The translations under genes were made by a program, and so were the position numbers. The notes below the pieces were generated by a model. The model searched no databases. It was not told the DNA's origin and worked only from the letters and a program-made list of their open reading frames with translations. DNA of 63,579 nt, counting the filler, from Chiloscyllium plagiosum (Eukaryota), in assembly GCF_004010195.1 (NCBI RefSeq). It is 3 parts of one record of this genome, joined end to end, with 100 filler letters (N's around TTAATTAATTAA, not from the genome) between each part and the next. Parts side by side here need not be neighbours in the genome. Positions count along the whole stretch, not along the records: positions 28,420 to 56,048 come from NC_057714.1; 2 more parts are not named here. The stretch is one strand, 5' to 3'. Positions 37,561 to 50,825 of the stretch are shown piece by piece (positions within the stretch are counted from its first letter, which is position 1; the number at the start of each line of letters is the position of its first letter).

Positions 37561-38357
37561 TAAGACTGAAGTAGCAAACTATCTCAGCCTGAGACAACTG
37601 ATATGGGGAGGGACTGAGTCAGTGACTAGGGTGTTTGAAATAAGAACTGAAATCAGTGATGTTCGTCCTCGAAAACTAAACTGGCAGAAATTTCTGCTCA
37701 TCAGTATTGGATATTCGATAAGCAATCTCATAATTTAGCAAGAGTAGGGAAGTCAAGAGAGATACTGATGAGGTAAAGCTGGGTTTCATCAGCTTGCACG
37801 AAAAAATTAAAAGATTGAATTAGGTTGATGTCAGACAGTAGTACCCTGACTGGAATTATAAGAAATTATAAAGATATTTAATAAAATGTTGCTCACAGCT
37901 ACTAAACATCCCAAAATATTTTACTGCCAATGAAGTGCAATTGAAATGTAGTCAATGTTGTAATATAGGAAACGAAACACCAATTTACACCCAGCAAGCT
38001 CCCACAAATGTGATGGTTTTGTCTGTGATGTAGGTAGAAGGAGAAATATGGGCCAGGACACAAAAAACAAGAGAAGGTCAAAGGGACACCAAAATTAATG
38101 ATTCAGAATCAGGGAGCCATAGCTGGTGACATTCTAGATATGATTAAATATACCAGAACAGAATCAGGCAAGAGCTGTTCCACCCATCTGAGTGACTGTG
38201 GAAAGGATTTGGAGGGATAGAGTCAAACATGTCAAATACCACAGTCAGATTGAAAAGGACAAGGAGGCAAAGTGTACTTTGTCACAGTCACACAGGACAC
38301 AGTTTGTGACTTTGATGAGAGATGTACCGAGGTGGGGTGAAAACTGGACATAGAAAT

Positions 38358-38995
38358 AGGCCATTTAGTTTCCTTTATTCGTCAGAGTATTGAGTACAGG
38401 AGTTGGGAGGTCATGTTATGGCTGTACAGGACATTGGTTAGGCCACTGTTGGAATATTGCGTGCAATTCTGGTTTCCTTCCTATCGGAAAGATGTTGTGA
38501 AACTTGAAAGGGTTCAGAAAAGATTGACAAGGATGTTGCCCGGCTTGGAGGATTTGAGCTATAGGGAGAGGCTGAACAGGCTGGGGCTGTTTTCCCTGGA
38601 GCGTCGGATGCTGAGGGGTGACCTCATAGAAGTTTACACAATTATGAGGGGCATAGATAGGGTAACTAGGCAAAATCTTTTCCCTGGGGTCGGGGAGTCC
38701 AGAACTAGAGGGCACAGGTTTAGGGTGAGAGGGAAAAGATATAAAAGAGACCTAAGGGGCAACTTTTTCACACAGAGGATGGTATGGGTATGGAATGAGC
38801 TGCCAGAGGATGTGGTGAAGGCTGGTACAATTGCAACATTTAAGAGGCATTTGGATGGGTATATGAATAGGAAGGGTTTGGAGGGATATGGACCGGGTGC
38901 TGGTAGGTGGGACTAAATTGGGTTGGGATATCTGCTCGGCATGGACGGGTTGGACCGAAGGCTCTGTTTCCATACTGTACATCTCTATGACTCTA
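38358..38995 (+). mobile_element. CR1 LINE 3' fragment (young)
   Basis: 167-aa open RT C-terminus [33 protein letters not shown]. Confidence 0.92.
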
Positions 38996-40209
38996 TTTGG
39001 TCCATTGGGCCACCTGTAACATTCATTCAATTGTGGCCAATCGGACTACCCCACCTACCTGTGATCATCTTTCATCCCCTTGCTCATCAGCAATTTATCA
39101 AAACCTCTGCTTCTACCTTTTCAGAAAAAGAGCTCCAAAGACTCACGAACCTCCAAGAAAACATTTTGCCTGATCTCTATCTTTAATGGGCAATGTCTTA
39201 CTTTGATATCAGGGACCCCTATTTCTATTTTCTCCCATAAGCAAAACATTCTTTCCTCACATATTCTGTCAAGACCCCTCATAATAAGTTTGAATCAAGC
39301 TCTCTCCTATGCTGCATGGACACAAGCCTAGCCTGCCCAACGTTCCTGTCTACTCCATGTATTAGTCAAATAAACATTCTACTTCTATTTCCATCCTTTC
39401 TGACATAAGGAAATGAATATTATACACAGAACACCAGATATAGTCTATCCAATGTCCTCTAATTAAAGCATAGCCTCCAACTTCTGTATGTAACCTCCTC
39501 CCAATAAATACTTTCCTGGTTACTTTCTATACCTGCATAAGCCTTTGTTACTCATGCATGACAGCAACCATATCCCTCTGGATCTTACAGCTCTACAATC
39601 TTTCAGTATTTAGATAATATACTTTATTTTTCCATTCTTCCTGCCAAAGTGGACAATTTTGCATTTTTCTACATTATAAACTTTTCATCTAAATCCCTAG
39701 GATAGAGTCAGTCTGGGCAAGGGGAGTTGTAATTCTGCAGTTCCAACTATTTTTTTGGCATCCCTTATCTGATGAATGGAATTTTCTGATGCTCCTCCCG
39801 CCATTTCCTGATTTACATTCATTTCTGGGATGTTACTTGTATTCCCTAAAGTGAAGACCTGCTCAGTTCATCTGGCTCCTCCTTATTTTCCATTATTAAT
39901 TCTACAGACTCACTTCGAAAGGGCAAACTCACGTAGTTTACTTTTTTCCTGTTTAACTATCTATAATAATAATTGTTTTAGATTCCCACATACCTTTATT
40001 GCATGCTCTAATTTTCCCTGCTTACTAGCCTTTTAGTCAATCTTAGCTGTTTTTTCTGTTTTGTCCAATCTTCTGACCTGCCGCCCATCTTTGAGCAGTT
40101 GTGTATCTTTTCTTCAACTCTGATATTAAACTTGATTTTGAAGGGACTCAAAAGGATACGGAATTTGATTGAGATTCAAACATTCATAAGCTGATAAAAA
40201 TTGCCTTGC

Positions 40210-40394
40210 CTTTTGCGTAGCTGCAGTGCTGCTTGTTTTGCAAGCTCAGGGGGTGGATGGTGGGAAAATAGCTCCTCTGCTTTGATGATCAGTGTCTCGT
40301 AAGGAAGATCCTGCGGTATCTTGGACAGTAATTGATGGACACTGGCCATGTCACAGTCACATTTCATTACTTCTTCCTCCCTGTGTAGTACAAT
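40210..40394 (-). CDS. TBC1D20: TBC1D20-like RabGAP exon 7 (185 nt)
   Basis: tttcag|IVLHREEEVMKCDCDMASVHQLLSKIPQDLPYETLI..LAKQAALQLRK; ends at AG|GCAAG (GC donor, inferred). Confidence 0.88.
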
Positions 40395-41937
40395 CTGAAA
40401 CAAGGCAGTCAAGTCAGTCATCTTCATGGCTGTGCTTTCATAATCACCACACTTTGTCCTCCATAATATGCCTGAATTCCCACTGGGTCACTTAAGAAAG
40501 GTAACCAGGAGCTCTCAAGTTCCAATCATCATGGGCTTGGGTTGTGTTTCGTAAATCATTATGGATAAAGACAACTATACAGCTCATCTTTGTTCGCACA
40601 GTTGGAGAGATTCTTAGCTCCATCCGGCAGCCTACAGCATCCAGCGGGTTTCATGATTGCAAGATTTTCCTGCCTCCTCAACCACCCATCTCCACTCATG
40701 TCGATAAACAGACACCAATTTCCACCCTCTGGCTAAGAGGCAGCCCTGACAGATTTCATTCCCAATTATCCAAATCAATGTTTTTGTCCCTCAACCATCC
40801 CATGTGTTCTTGGGTTGTGGGTGATGCCAGTAAGGTCATATTTAGTGCCCTCATTAGGGATGATGATGGTGGGCTTTCTTGCAATAATTATTGATTATAC
40901 AATGCTGTACCACTACATGTCTGATGCTTAACATTGCAATGTGGAACCGGAGTCACATGTAGGCCACACCAGGTAAAGGTGCCAGGTTTGTTTCTCCTAA
41001 AGTTCATTCATGAACCAGCTAGATTTTCATGCCAAACAGCCGATTTGAACTAGTGAACCCTGGTTCGTTAATCATGCAGCAGATAGAGATGCTTCACCAT
41101 TCTTCCTGCTCTTACATCCGAGGTTGCTGCATGGAAACAGGCCATTTGGTCCAATGAGCCTGGCATGTTTTATCCTCTCCACAAGCCAGGGGTAAAGAAA
41201 ACCCCGAAGCTGTGCTCTTCTACAAAAGTACTTGACCAAATAACAATTATTTTTTGGATGAGAGGAACTAAAGTCAAGTCCAGTTCTGTTCATATATAGC
41301 ATTCACTTTGCTGCAGGAACTACTTAGTTGTGATGTAAAGTGGTAACCCTGTCTACATTTTCCCTTTTGAAACTATGGCTGCTGTGACCAAGTTTGATGT
41401 CATTTAAAGCCAGTGCCAGTACATCAGCTGATTCGGAATTGTACCAGGGCTCCTCATCTGGTCAATCTTAGTGATGGTTTCACACCTACTGGGCTTTTAC
41501 TCTTATCACGTCACACTTGATTAACAGAAGTATAGAAAATAAAGAATTTCTAAAGTTAGGTGCCCTACAGTAAGTACTGATCTTATTGTTAACAATGAAA
41601 CCTAGGGTGAAATATGTTTGTCCTAAATACTATCAAGTCAGACAAATTCGTCATTTTGGTGGTCTCTTTGGGATTGTATACATTTTGTGATGGCTTGTGG
41701 AACAGTGGGACACAATCATTGTTACATAAGTACACAAGGGAGAAAGAAACAACAGTATCCTTTCCAAATGAGGTCACATGAAGACTGGCAGGAGGAAGTT
41801 TGCATACAGCATAAACTCTAGAATTGACTAACTGGGCTAAATGGTCTGTTTTAGTCTATAGATTCATTGAGAACAAGGGGCAGTGAAGTACCAGACTAAG
41901 TGCTTAGGAAGAGAAGTGGGCATGGAATGATACATAC

Positions 41938-42079
41938 CGCTGCCGCAACGTAGACTGGCATCAACGGGTGACTTGCCAGAAAGAAGTCGTACAGCCTGAC
42001 AGTATGGCGAAACTTGGAGAGGACGTGACCATACCAGGTGATCAGCCAGCTCAGGGCAAAGATGGTGCCAACCTCAGCC
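41938..42079 (-). CDS. TBC1D20: TBC1D20-like exon 6 (142 nt)
   Basis: catttag|AEVGTIFALSWLITWYGHVLS..LYDFFLASHPLMPVYVAAA|gtatgt. Confidence 0.95.
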
Positions 42080-45000
42080 CTAAATGAGGCACAAGACAGA
42101 TTGAGCCAAAGCAATTATTTTCATCCAAAAGAAACAAAATAGAATTAATTTATATAGCGCTTTTCACATCCTCAGGTCTCCAAAGTCCTTCAGACACAAT
42201 GCATTATTTTTCAGCTGTATTTACTGTTCCCATCGAGATAAGTGCGGCAGCCAGTTGCAACATTGCTAGGTCCTGGAAACTGAATCAGATAATAGGGCAG
42301 TGAGTTTGCCTTCATGCATTTGGTCAAGGGAACTGTGGTTACAAAGACACACATTATTCTTTGAATGATTTCATGAGATATCTTTTGCACTTTCACAAAC
42401 TGACAAGTCTAGGTTTAATGTCTCATCTGTATTGATCAGCTCAAATCTCTGGAGTGGGGTTTTATCCCTCAGGCCAAGATGATTTATTCAAACATTAGCA
42501 CCTCTTACTGGTGTTGTTACTCCGATTATTCAGTGATGAAACATTCTTTGCAGGGAAAGGAAATTTCACAAGTGAATAAATTTAGAAACTTAGTAACACC
42601 CTTCCCCAACAATGTCCGGTCTTTTAGAAACACAGAGAATGGGAACAAATGGTTGACTGGATTCCTGTAACATTGCCCCTCTCCCCATAATTACTGTTAT
42701 TAAAATATAATGTAGAAAACATTAGATGGCCTGTATAGCTGAAGAATCAGAAACTGATAAAATACAGGAGAGACAGGATATTTTATTTGAATCACGGGTA
42801 TGATTCAAGTTCTGAGTGGGTGCTTACAAACGAGAAATCCATCAGTTCAAAACAAACATAAATAGATATTTTTAATCCACCTGTGCAGACATGTTATGAC
42901 ACGATTCCTGAAACAGGTAGTTCTTGAACCTGAGCTTCCTGGTTCAAAGGTAGGGGCATTACCACTGCACCACACCAGCCCTAGTATTTAAATATATTAC
43001 TCCAACAAGGTGCAATAAACTTACTGATTTGCCTGAAATAGCTGGTATGCTCAACACATTCTAAGCGGTACTTTTATAATTTTACATCAATTGGCAAATG
43101 TCCAAGCTAACTACAGTGTAAGCAGTGGAAACTTTATATCAGTCAAATGCATCCTGTTCAATAATTTTTTTTAAAATCCCACTTGATATTCACAAATGCT
43201 CACCGATGTGGCTGTACATCCTCCTGAGCACAGGAACACAGAAGCGGACTGAGTACATTCACTGCTGATCAGATGGTGGAGATCCACCTACACAGAAAAG
43301 GCAATGTTTGGAACCTCTGGACTTCCCATGTACAAGACCAGGTGATACATTTACCACTGAGCCCTTAGGGAGAGCTGAGCACATGCTCCTGAACATCATT
43401 TATTACTAACCTGGTCCAGTAGCTATATTGTGAAAATTGTCAAGGTCATTTCTGTACTTTTCATGGATTCAGTTCAAGATACATTACTTGCATTATAACA
43501 AATGCTCCAAAGCAATTCATTTCTTGCAAAACAATTTAGAATAGCATGAGGTTGTGGAAATGCTACAGAATACATGCTTTTTCTGTGGACATCTGATTCG
43601 ACTATTTCAATACTCGCCGACCTTGTATCCTTCACACAGCCAGTACCAAACTCCATCTAAAAATCCACCAATTTCCTATTAGCACAGCAAATCTTGTAGA
43701 TTCTTCACCCAGTACACACAAATCTACATGAACTTCCTGTTCCCAACACTATCTAAAAATTCTCATTTTTGTCTTTAAATCCCTCGTGGCCTTTTACTGT
43801 GCCCACCCTTAAATTATTTCCAGCCCAATCAATCCTCCCAATTCACTGCTTCAAATTCTTACAATCTCCTAGACCAGATAATGACCAGATCATCTGTCTT
43901 TGTCACATTGTGAGGAGTAACTCTAGTCCAGGACACCGGGAGGATTCCCTACTGTGCCTCTTCAGATCAGTGCTTTGGAATATTTTAGGTTCATTTGAGA
44001 GAGTATAGGACTTGGCTGTTAATGGTTAAGCCAGCATTTCATGCCCCTCCCTAAGTGACTGTGGCAATATCTGAAGGTATCTCGGATGACTCAAGTGGCG
44101 TGTGACAGCAAATGCTGTCAGGCCTGGGTGAGTCATGCTAACTGTGTAAGAGAGATATAATAAGTAAATATTCTGTAAAGTAAATGTCTGTTTATCGTTG
44201 TAGGGACAGATACAGAACTGCATAAACAAGCTTCGGTTGCAACTCTGTTTAAAAAAGCATGTCTACTCACAGTAAATTTTAACTTAGGTTTAAAGATGTA
44301 CTAAGAAATGTTTTCAATCAAGACAACTTTTAAGACTCCTGCCCGATCTCCATCTCGCTCCTGTTCGCCAGTCTTGGAAGGAACCCAACAGTGACCTTGA
44401 ACTGAATGGCTGTTCAAGCATTTCAAGAGCAATTAGGAGTTAACCACATTGCAGTGGGTCTGGAGTTACACATAAGCCAGACTGGGTAAGGAATCCAAAT
44501 TTCCTTCTCTAAAAGGGACATTAGTGAACCAGTTCAGTTTTTACGACAGTCCACATTGTTACTTGATCACTATTAGGCCACATTGCAGATTTTTATTGAA
44601 TTTGAATTTCACTATCTACCTCAGAAGGATTCTAATCCACGCTCCCAGAACCTTTTTAAGGTGTTCTGGATTACTGGTCCTTTTTTTTAAATTCACTCAG
44701 GGGATGTGAGCATCACTGGCTAGGCCAACATTTATTGCCCATCCCTCGTTGCCTTTGAGGTGGTGGAGAGCTGCCTTCTTGAATCACTACAGGCTACAAT
44801 GTAGGGTGGCCCACACTGCCCTTAGGCAGGGAATTACAGGATTTTGACCCAGTGACATTGATGGAGAAGTGGTATATTTCCAAATTAGGATGGTGAGTGG
44901 CTTGGTGAAGAACTTGCAAGTGATGGTGTTCCTTCATATTTGCTGCCCTTGTCCTTCTAGATGGAAGTGTTTGTGGGCTTGGAAGGTGCTGTCTGAGGAT

Positions 45001-45957
45001 CTTTGGTGAATTTCTACAGTGCATCTTGTAGATGTACACATTGCTGCTACTGACCATTGGTGGAGGGAATGTATGCTGTGGATATGACATCAAGCTTCTT
45101 GAATGTTACTGAGGAATATTCCATCATACTCCTGACTTGTGCCCTGTAGATGACAGACAGGCGAAGGACAGCTAGCTGGTGAGTTACTAGGCACATTATT
45201 CCTAGCCTCTGACCTGCTCTTGTAGCTACCGTGGTGAGTCCAGTTGAGTTTCTGGTCAATGGTGACCCCTAAGAACGTTAACAATGACGATAGCACCATT
45301 GAATGTCAAGGGGTGGTGTTACATTGTCCCTTATTGAAGATGGTCAGTGGCTGCAATCAACTCTGGTCCCTGGTGCTGTGATGTTGCAACACTAACCACT
45401 GAGCCACCATGCTGCCCTCATTGTTTTACTGATGATTGAGAGTAGACTGATGGAGTGGTAATTGGTCAAGTTGGATATGCCCAGTGCCATAGAAATATTT
45501 AGCATGCTTTGTGTGTACAGGACATACCTGGGCAATTTTCCATATTTGTTGGGTAGGTGTCAATTTTGTAAATGTACTGGAACAGCTTGGCTCGAGGTGT
45601 GGCAGGTTCTGGTGCACAAGTGTTCAGTATTATTGCTGGAATGTTGTCAGGACCCTAACCTTTGCAGTATCCAGTGCCTCCAATTATTTCTTCATGTGGA
45701 GTGAATCGAATTGGCTGAAGACTGGTCATTGTGATGTTCGGGACCACAGAAAGAGGCCGAGATGGATCACTCACTCAGCGCTTCTGACTGAAGACTCCTG
45801 CAAGTGATTCAGCCTTATTTCTTTGCACTGATGTGCTGGGCTGTTCCATTACTGAGGATGGCATATTTGTGGAACCTCCTTCTCCAGTATATTGTTTAAT
45901 TATCCACCACCATTCATGACTGGATTTCGCAGGATGGCAAAGCTCTGTCTATCACTT

Positions 45958-46137
45958 AAGCAAACGTGAGAACTGCAGATGCTGGAAACCAGAATCTAGA
46001 TTAGAGTGGTGTGGGAAATGCACAGCAGGTCAGACAGCATCCAAGAAGTAGGAAAATCGACGTTTCGGGCAAAAGCCCTTCATCAGGAACAGCCTGCCTG
46101 ACCAGTTGTGCAGTTCCAGCACCACTCTAATCTAGAC
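45958..46137. mobile_element. Inverted PLE-derived short insert with 10-bp TSD
   Basis: tctatcactt at 45948-45957 and 46138-46147. Confidence 0.85.
46055..46090 (-). ncRNA. Minimal hammerhead ribozyme motif (intact core)
   Basis: CUGAUGA|A|GGGC-UUUU-GCCC|GAAA|CG|UC; stem I is only about 2 bp in this copy; same sense as the TBC1D20 pre-mRNA (intron 5). Confidence 0.55.
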
Positions 46138-47329
46138 TCTATCACTTGCTGCTTATACTGTTTGACACACAAATAGCCCTGTTTGGAAGCTGCAGTAGGT
46201 TGACACCTCTTCTGTAAGTATGCCTGGTGCTACTCGTGGCATGCCCTCCTGCATTCTCCACTGAGCCAGGGTTGATCTGCTGGCTTGATTGTAATGGTTG
46301 TGCGGGGGATATACTGGGCTATAAGATTGCAGGTTGTGCTAGAGTACAATTCTGTTGGTGTTGATGGCCCACAGGGTCTCATGAATGTCCAGTCTGTTTA
46401 AAGTCTGTCCTGTTGAGCACTGTAATAGCACCATACAACACAATGGAGGGCATTTTTAATGTGAAGGTGGCCACCTTTACTAGTAATAGACAGATGTATC
46501 TCCGATCCAGAGCAAGTCCTCCCAACTGTATATCACTGTGCCATCAGCTCTGCTGCCAGTGGGACAGAACGTGTCTTGAGATACTAATGATGGTGTCTGG
46601 ATCATTGTCATACCTACAGATAATGTTAGGCTGTTACGCTACTAATCTGCGAGACAGCTCTCCCAATTTTGGCACTAGCCCCAGATGTTGGCAAGGAGGA
46701 CTTTGCAGGGTCAACAAGGCTGTTCTGCCGTGGTCTGTACTGATGCCTAGGTCAGTGCCCGGTGGGTATCTGGTTTCATTTCTTTGTTGAGGCTTTGCAG
46801 TGACTGACAACGACGTGGCTTCCTAAGTCATTTCAGAGGGCATTTACAGTCAATCACATTGCTGTGGTCCTACAGTCACTGCGGTCATCAGTAGATTCTT
46901 AATTCCAGATTTTTGAAAAAACTGAATTCAAATCCCACCATCTGCCATTGTGGGATTCCAACTCAGGTCCTGAGAACATTAGCTGAATTTCTGGATTAAT
47001 AGCCAAGTGATAATACCACTGGGCCATCACTTCTAAGACATAAACACTACATCAACTGTCCTTATCTCATCTGGAAGATGGCATCCAGCAATCCCTCAGC
47101 ACTGCATTGGAATATCAGCGTTGAACTTTGTGCTCAACTCCACAACTTCCTGATTAGAAGTCAGCTGACAGTGTAAAGGCCACCTCTTTCCAAAATCTTT
47201 TGTGACCTCACCGAATGTTGCGTTTAGTTTGGCATGTTCCTTAGTCCCTTATTGGACTGCTGTAGAAAACCTTGGAAAAATGTCTTACGTTAAAAACGTG
47301 ACAAATGGGGTTATAAAGTTGTAGGTGAG

Positions 47330-47468
47330 AACGTGTTGCTGGAAAAGCACAGCAAGTCAGGCAGCATCCGAGGAGCAGGAGAAGCGATGTTTTGGGCCAG
47401 AGCCCTTCATTTTCCAGCAACACACACACAACTCTGATCTCCAGCATTTGCAGATCTTACCGTCTCCT
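47330..47468. mobile_element. Inverted PLE-derived short insert (truncated hammerhead)
   Basis: Reverse tail ending gcccttcat is joined to the forward tail ttttccagc..ctctgatctccagcat. Confidence 0.7.
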
Positions 47469-47714
47469 ATAGAGCTGTAGTACTGAGTTTCCACACAGGA
47501 GGCCAGTAGCGAGGCACACAAATCCCAGGTATTGAAGTGCTTGGACAGAAACTCAGATTAACCAGTTTAATTGTTTCTACTTGATACATGGCCTCTGACC
47601 CTTTGCCTATTGCATCACTGTGAAGAATAAGTATCAGGAAACTATTTGACCATACGCATCACCACCAATTCAGTTTTATTTTCATCCAACATTCAGTTGC
47701 TCCAGGTCACTGAT

Positions 47715-48735
47715 TAACTGGTTGATTGTCATCACATATATCGAAATACAGCAAAAAGTGTTGTTTGGTGTGATATACAAGCAGGTCGTACCATAGAAAG
47801 TGCACCAGAGCAGAACAGAATGCAGAATATGGTGTTAAAGCCACAGAGAACACGCAGTGAGAGAGTGCAGAATTAACATTTGAGAAGTCTATTCAAAAAC
47901 CTGATAACAGCATGGAAGAAGCTGTTCTTGAAACTATTCATACGCATATTCAAACCTTTATATCTTCTTCCCGACAGAAGAGGACGGAGGAGAGTATAAT
48001 TGGGTGGGAGGGACCTTTGATTCTGTTGGATGCTCTCCCGAGGCAGCAGGTTGTATGGATGATGGACTGGGCTGTGTTCACGACTCTGTCGTTTCTTGTG
48101 GTCTTGGGAGAGCAGTTACCATCCCTCACTGTGATGCACCCACATAGGATGCTTTCTATGGTGCAGCTATAAAGATCAGTAAGAATCCTTGTGGACATGC
48201 TGAATTTCCTTAGCCTCCTGAGAAAGTAGAGATACTGTTGTGTTTTCTTGACCATCGTGCTGACATGGTTGGATCAGGACAGGTTGCTGGTCCCAGGAAC
48301 CTGGCACCCGTGACCATCTCCACCTTAGCACCACTGATGCAGATAGGGAAATGCTCTAGACTCCGCTTTCTAAAGTCAATGACCAGCTCCTTCGTTTTGC
48401 TGACATCGATGGAGAGATTGTTGCCTTTACACCATACTGCTGAGCACTCAATCTCTTTCCTGTATTCTGTCACGTCATTGTTTGAGATCTGACCTACTAT
48501 GGTGGTGTTGTCAGCAAACTTGTGAATAGAGTTGAGGCAGAATTTGGCCACGCAGTGAGTGTATAAGGAATATAGTAGGGGGCTGAGTGCGCTGCCTCGT
48601 GGGACATTGGTGTTCATGATTATGGTGGAGGAGGAGGTGTTGTTGTCTATTCTTACTGATGACAGTCTACGGGTCAGAAAGTCAAGGATCCAGTTACAGA
48701 GTGGGAGACGAGACCTAGGTTTTGGAGTTTAGACA
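47715..48735 (-). mobile_element. Rex1/Babar LINE fragment
   Basis: PRGSALSPLLYSLYT..KFADNTTIVG..KTKELVIDFRK; YFLRRLRKF..CTIESIL. Confidence 0.85.
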
Positions 48736-48898
48736 GCATCTAACAGAGACTGCAACAAGACTAACTACAGCAATGGTAATGACTAGGAATGCTTGGAGCC
48801 ATGGCCTGCAGGGCCCCAACAGTGAACATTTTCAGTAATGGAGAAAGACCCAAACAGGAAAGTCACTAAAGGGGTAGCAAACAGAACAGATGGCTCAC

Positions 48899-49000
48899 CT
48901 CTGCAGAAAGTCGTGGAGCTGTGGGTTCACCCGCTGCAGAACTGGCATTAGGTAGTTTAGAATGTGCTTCGTGCTGTCCATTGTGGGATCCATAAAATCC
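48899..49000 (-). CDS. TBC1D20: TBC1D20-like exon 5 (102 nt)
   Basis: cccacag|DFMDPTMDSTKHILNYLMPVLQRVNPQLHDFLQ|gtgagc. Confidence 0.95.
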
Positions 49001-50221
49001 CTGTGGGAGTAGCATAGCAAAATCCATGGGTTACCCTTTGTTTCACTCAATACCACAAAGCACACAATGCAGGCCTGCAACCACCATGCATTCTGTTACT
49101 CGTCTACTTGCTACCTCAGGTATCACGCTGAAACTTTATCCACAATTTATCTGCCTGCACTCATTTTGGCAGCTCTGGTTGTTCCTCTCACAACCTCCAA
49201 ATAAGAACACAAGAAATAGGAGCAGGAGTAAGCCCGTCATCTCCTCAAGCCTACCCTACCATCATGGATGATCTGCCACAGGCCTCATCTCCCCTTTCCT
49301 GCCAACTCCTCATAGCCATCCACCTCCCAATATTAAAAGAAAATCTTCCTCCTCTTTGAATACTTCCAGTGATCCAGCCTCCACAACTCCCTTGGGTAGA
49401 GAATTCCAGATATGCACTACCCTCTGGGAGAAGACATTCTTCACATCTCACTTTTAAAGAAGCACCGCCTTATTCTGCAACTACGTCCCCTCGTCTGACC
49501 TGCCCCCACTCTACCCTGTCAAGTCCCTTCAGTATCCTTTTTGGTAAGCTGCTACATAGTGGCACCTTCACTCTGAGGTCATTAATTAATCAATCCTCTC
49601 TCATTAGACAATTCCAGGTCTCATATTCCAGCTTGCTTTCTGGTCAGCTCCACAACATGCAGTTCTAAGTAGCTATCCTGAAAACATTCTATGAACTCAT
49701 TGAGGCTAACTTTGTTTATCTTACTTTCCCATCGCGATAAAAATCTCTGACTATTATCACTGAGCCTTTCTGACAAGTTAATTATTGTTACTTTATGGCC
49801 ACCCGATTGTAGCAGGGTGGGCCACCACTCAAGTGACTTGATTTTATCATTTCTCATTTCTACCCAAACCGTTCCACCTCTTGTTTTCCTGAACTGAAGT
49901 CACCTTCTGTATTGTGCAAATATTACTAACTAACAGAGCCACCCTTCCATCTTTTCCAACTTTCCGGTCATTCTTAAGTGTCCTATAACCTTGAAGATTC
50001 AGGTCCTCATCCTAGCAATGCCTCTGTAATGGTCAGTTAGGTTATTTTCCACTGCAGCCCTTACTCTCTCAAGCTGACAGGTCCTCAAATCTGTTGGACA
50101 ATTGCAAAGGCTGCAGGTCCTGCACTCCTGCCCTCTGGGTCCCCTTACGTGCCTCAAACAAAGGCACACTCTCTTGCCCTTGAACACTAACAAATCAGAT
50201 GATCCAACCCTCATGACCTGC

Positions 50222-50329
50222 CTGTTATGATAGCCCTGATAGTAGTGAAGTTGTACGTTCCTCTCAAAGACACAGAAACTGATGTTGATCAGTTGTTCCT
50301 GTAGAACTTCATGTTCCTCTAGACGCATG
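50222..50329 (-). pseudogene. Partial duplicate of TBC1D20-like exon 4 (pseudo-exon or in-frame cassette)
   Basis: MRLEEHEVLQEQLINISFCVFERNVQLHYYQGYHN vs exon 4 MSSEERGVLQEQLINVILYVLQRNLQLHYYQGYHD; 20 mismatches in 106 nt, no indels or stops. Confidence 0.8.
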
Positions 50330-50638
50330 CTGATATTAAAAATAAATTGCTTATATATGGTTCACAATACTGTCACTGTTCACTGGGGGTGAATTTTTAA
50401 GGCGGCAGACGAGGTGCCAATCAGTTGGGCTACTTTTATGTGGATGGTGTCAAGGTTAAGAGCGCATGCACTTGTCAGGTAAAAACGTTGTCATTTTTAT
50501 TTTGTACAAATCTAGGTTATATCTGCATTAAATCTGCAGTTTAAATTCTGTCATTGCAAGCATTAAAGAGTTACTGGCATTTGATGAGCATAGATGGGCC
50601 TCAGTATGCAGTGCTAACCATGATTAGTGGTTCTTCAC

Positions 50639-50825
50639 CTGAGATGATGGGAAGACAGTATCTCCATGAGTGCAATGGCCATCCTTTCACCAACAACCAG
50701 GAGGAATGTCACAACAATGTCATGGTAGCCCTGATAATAGTGAAGCTGTAGGTTCCTCTGTAAGACGTAGAGGATGACGTTGATCAGTTGCTCCTGCAGA
50801 ACTCCACGTTCCTCTGAACTCATGC
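50639..50825 (-). CDS. TBC1D20: TBC1D20-like exon 4 (187 nt; Gln-finger YYQG)
   Basis: ctctcag|GMSSEERGVLQEQLI..LHYYQGYHDIVVTFLLVVGERMAIALMEILSSHHLR|gtgaag. Confidence 0.95.

Larger units (their letters stand above)
44690..46800 (-). mobile_element. Zenon-like LINE, degenerate with deletions
   Basis: Homologous to 8972-12030 (WKIAQVCPVH, ATRAGQRLG, YRAQVRSMMEYS); carries a PLE insert and an HE1 5' fragment (45355-45418). Confidence 0.8.
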
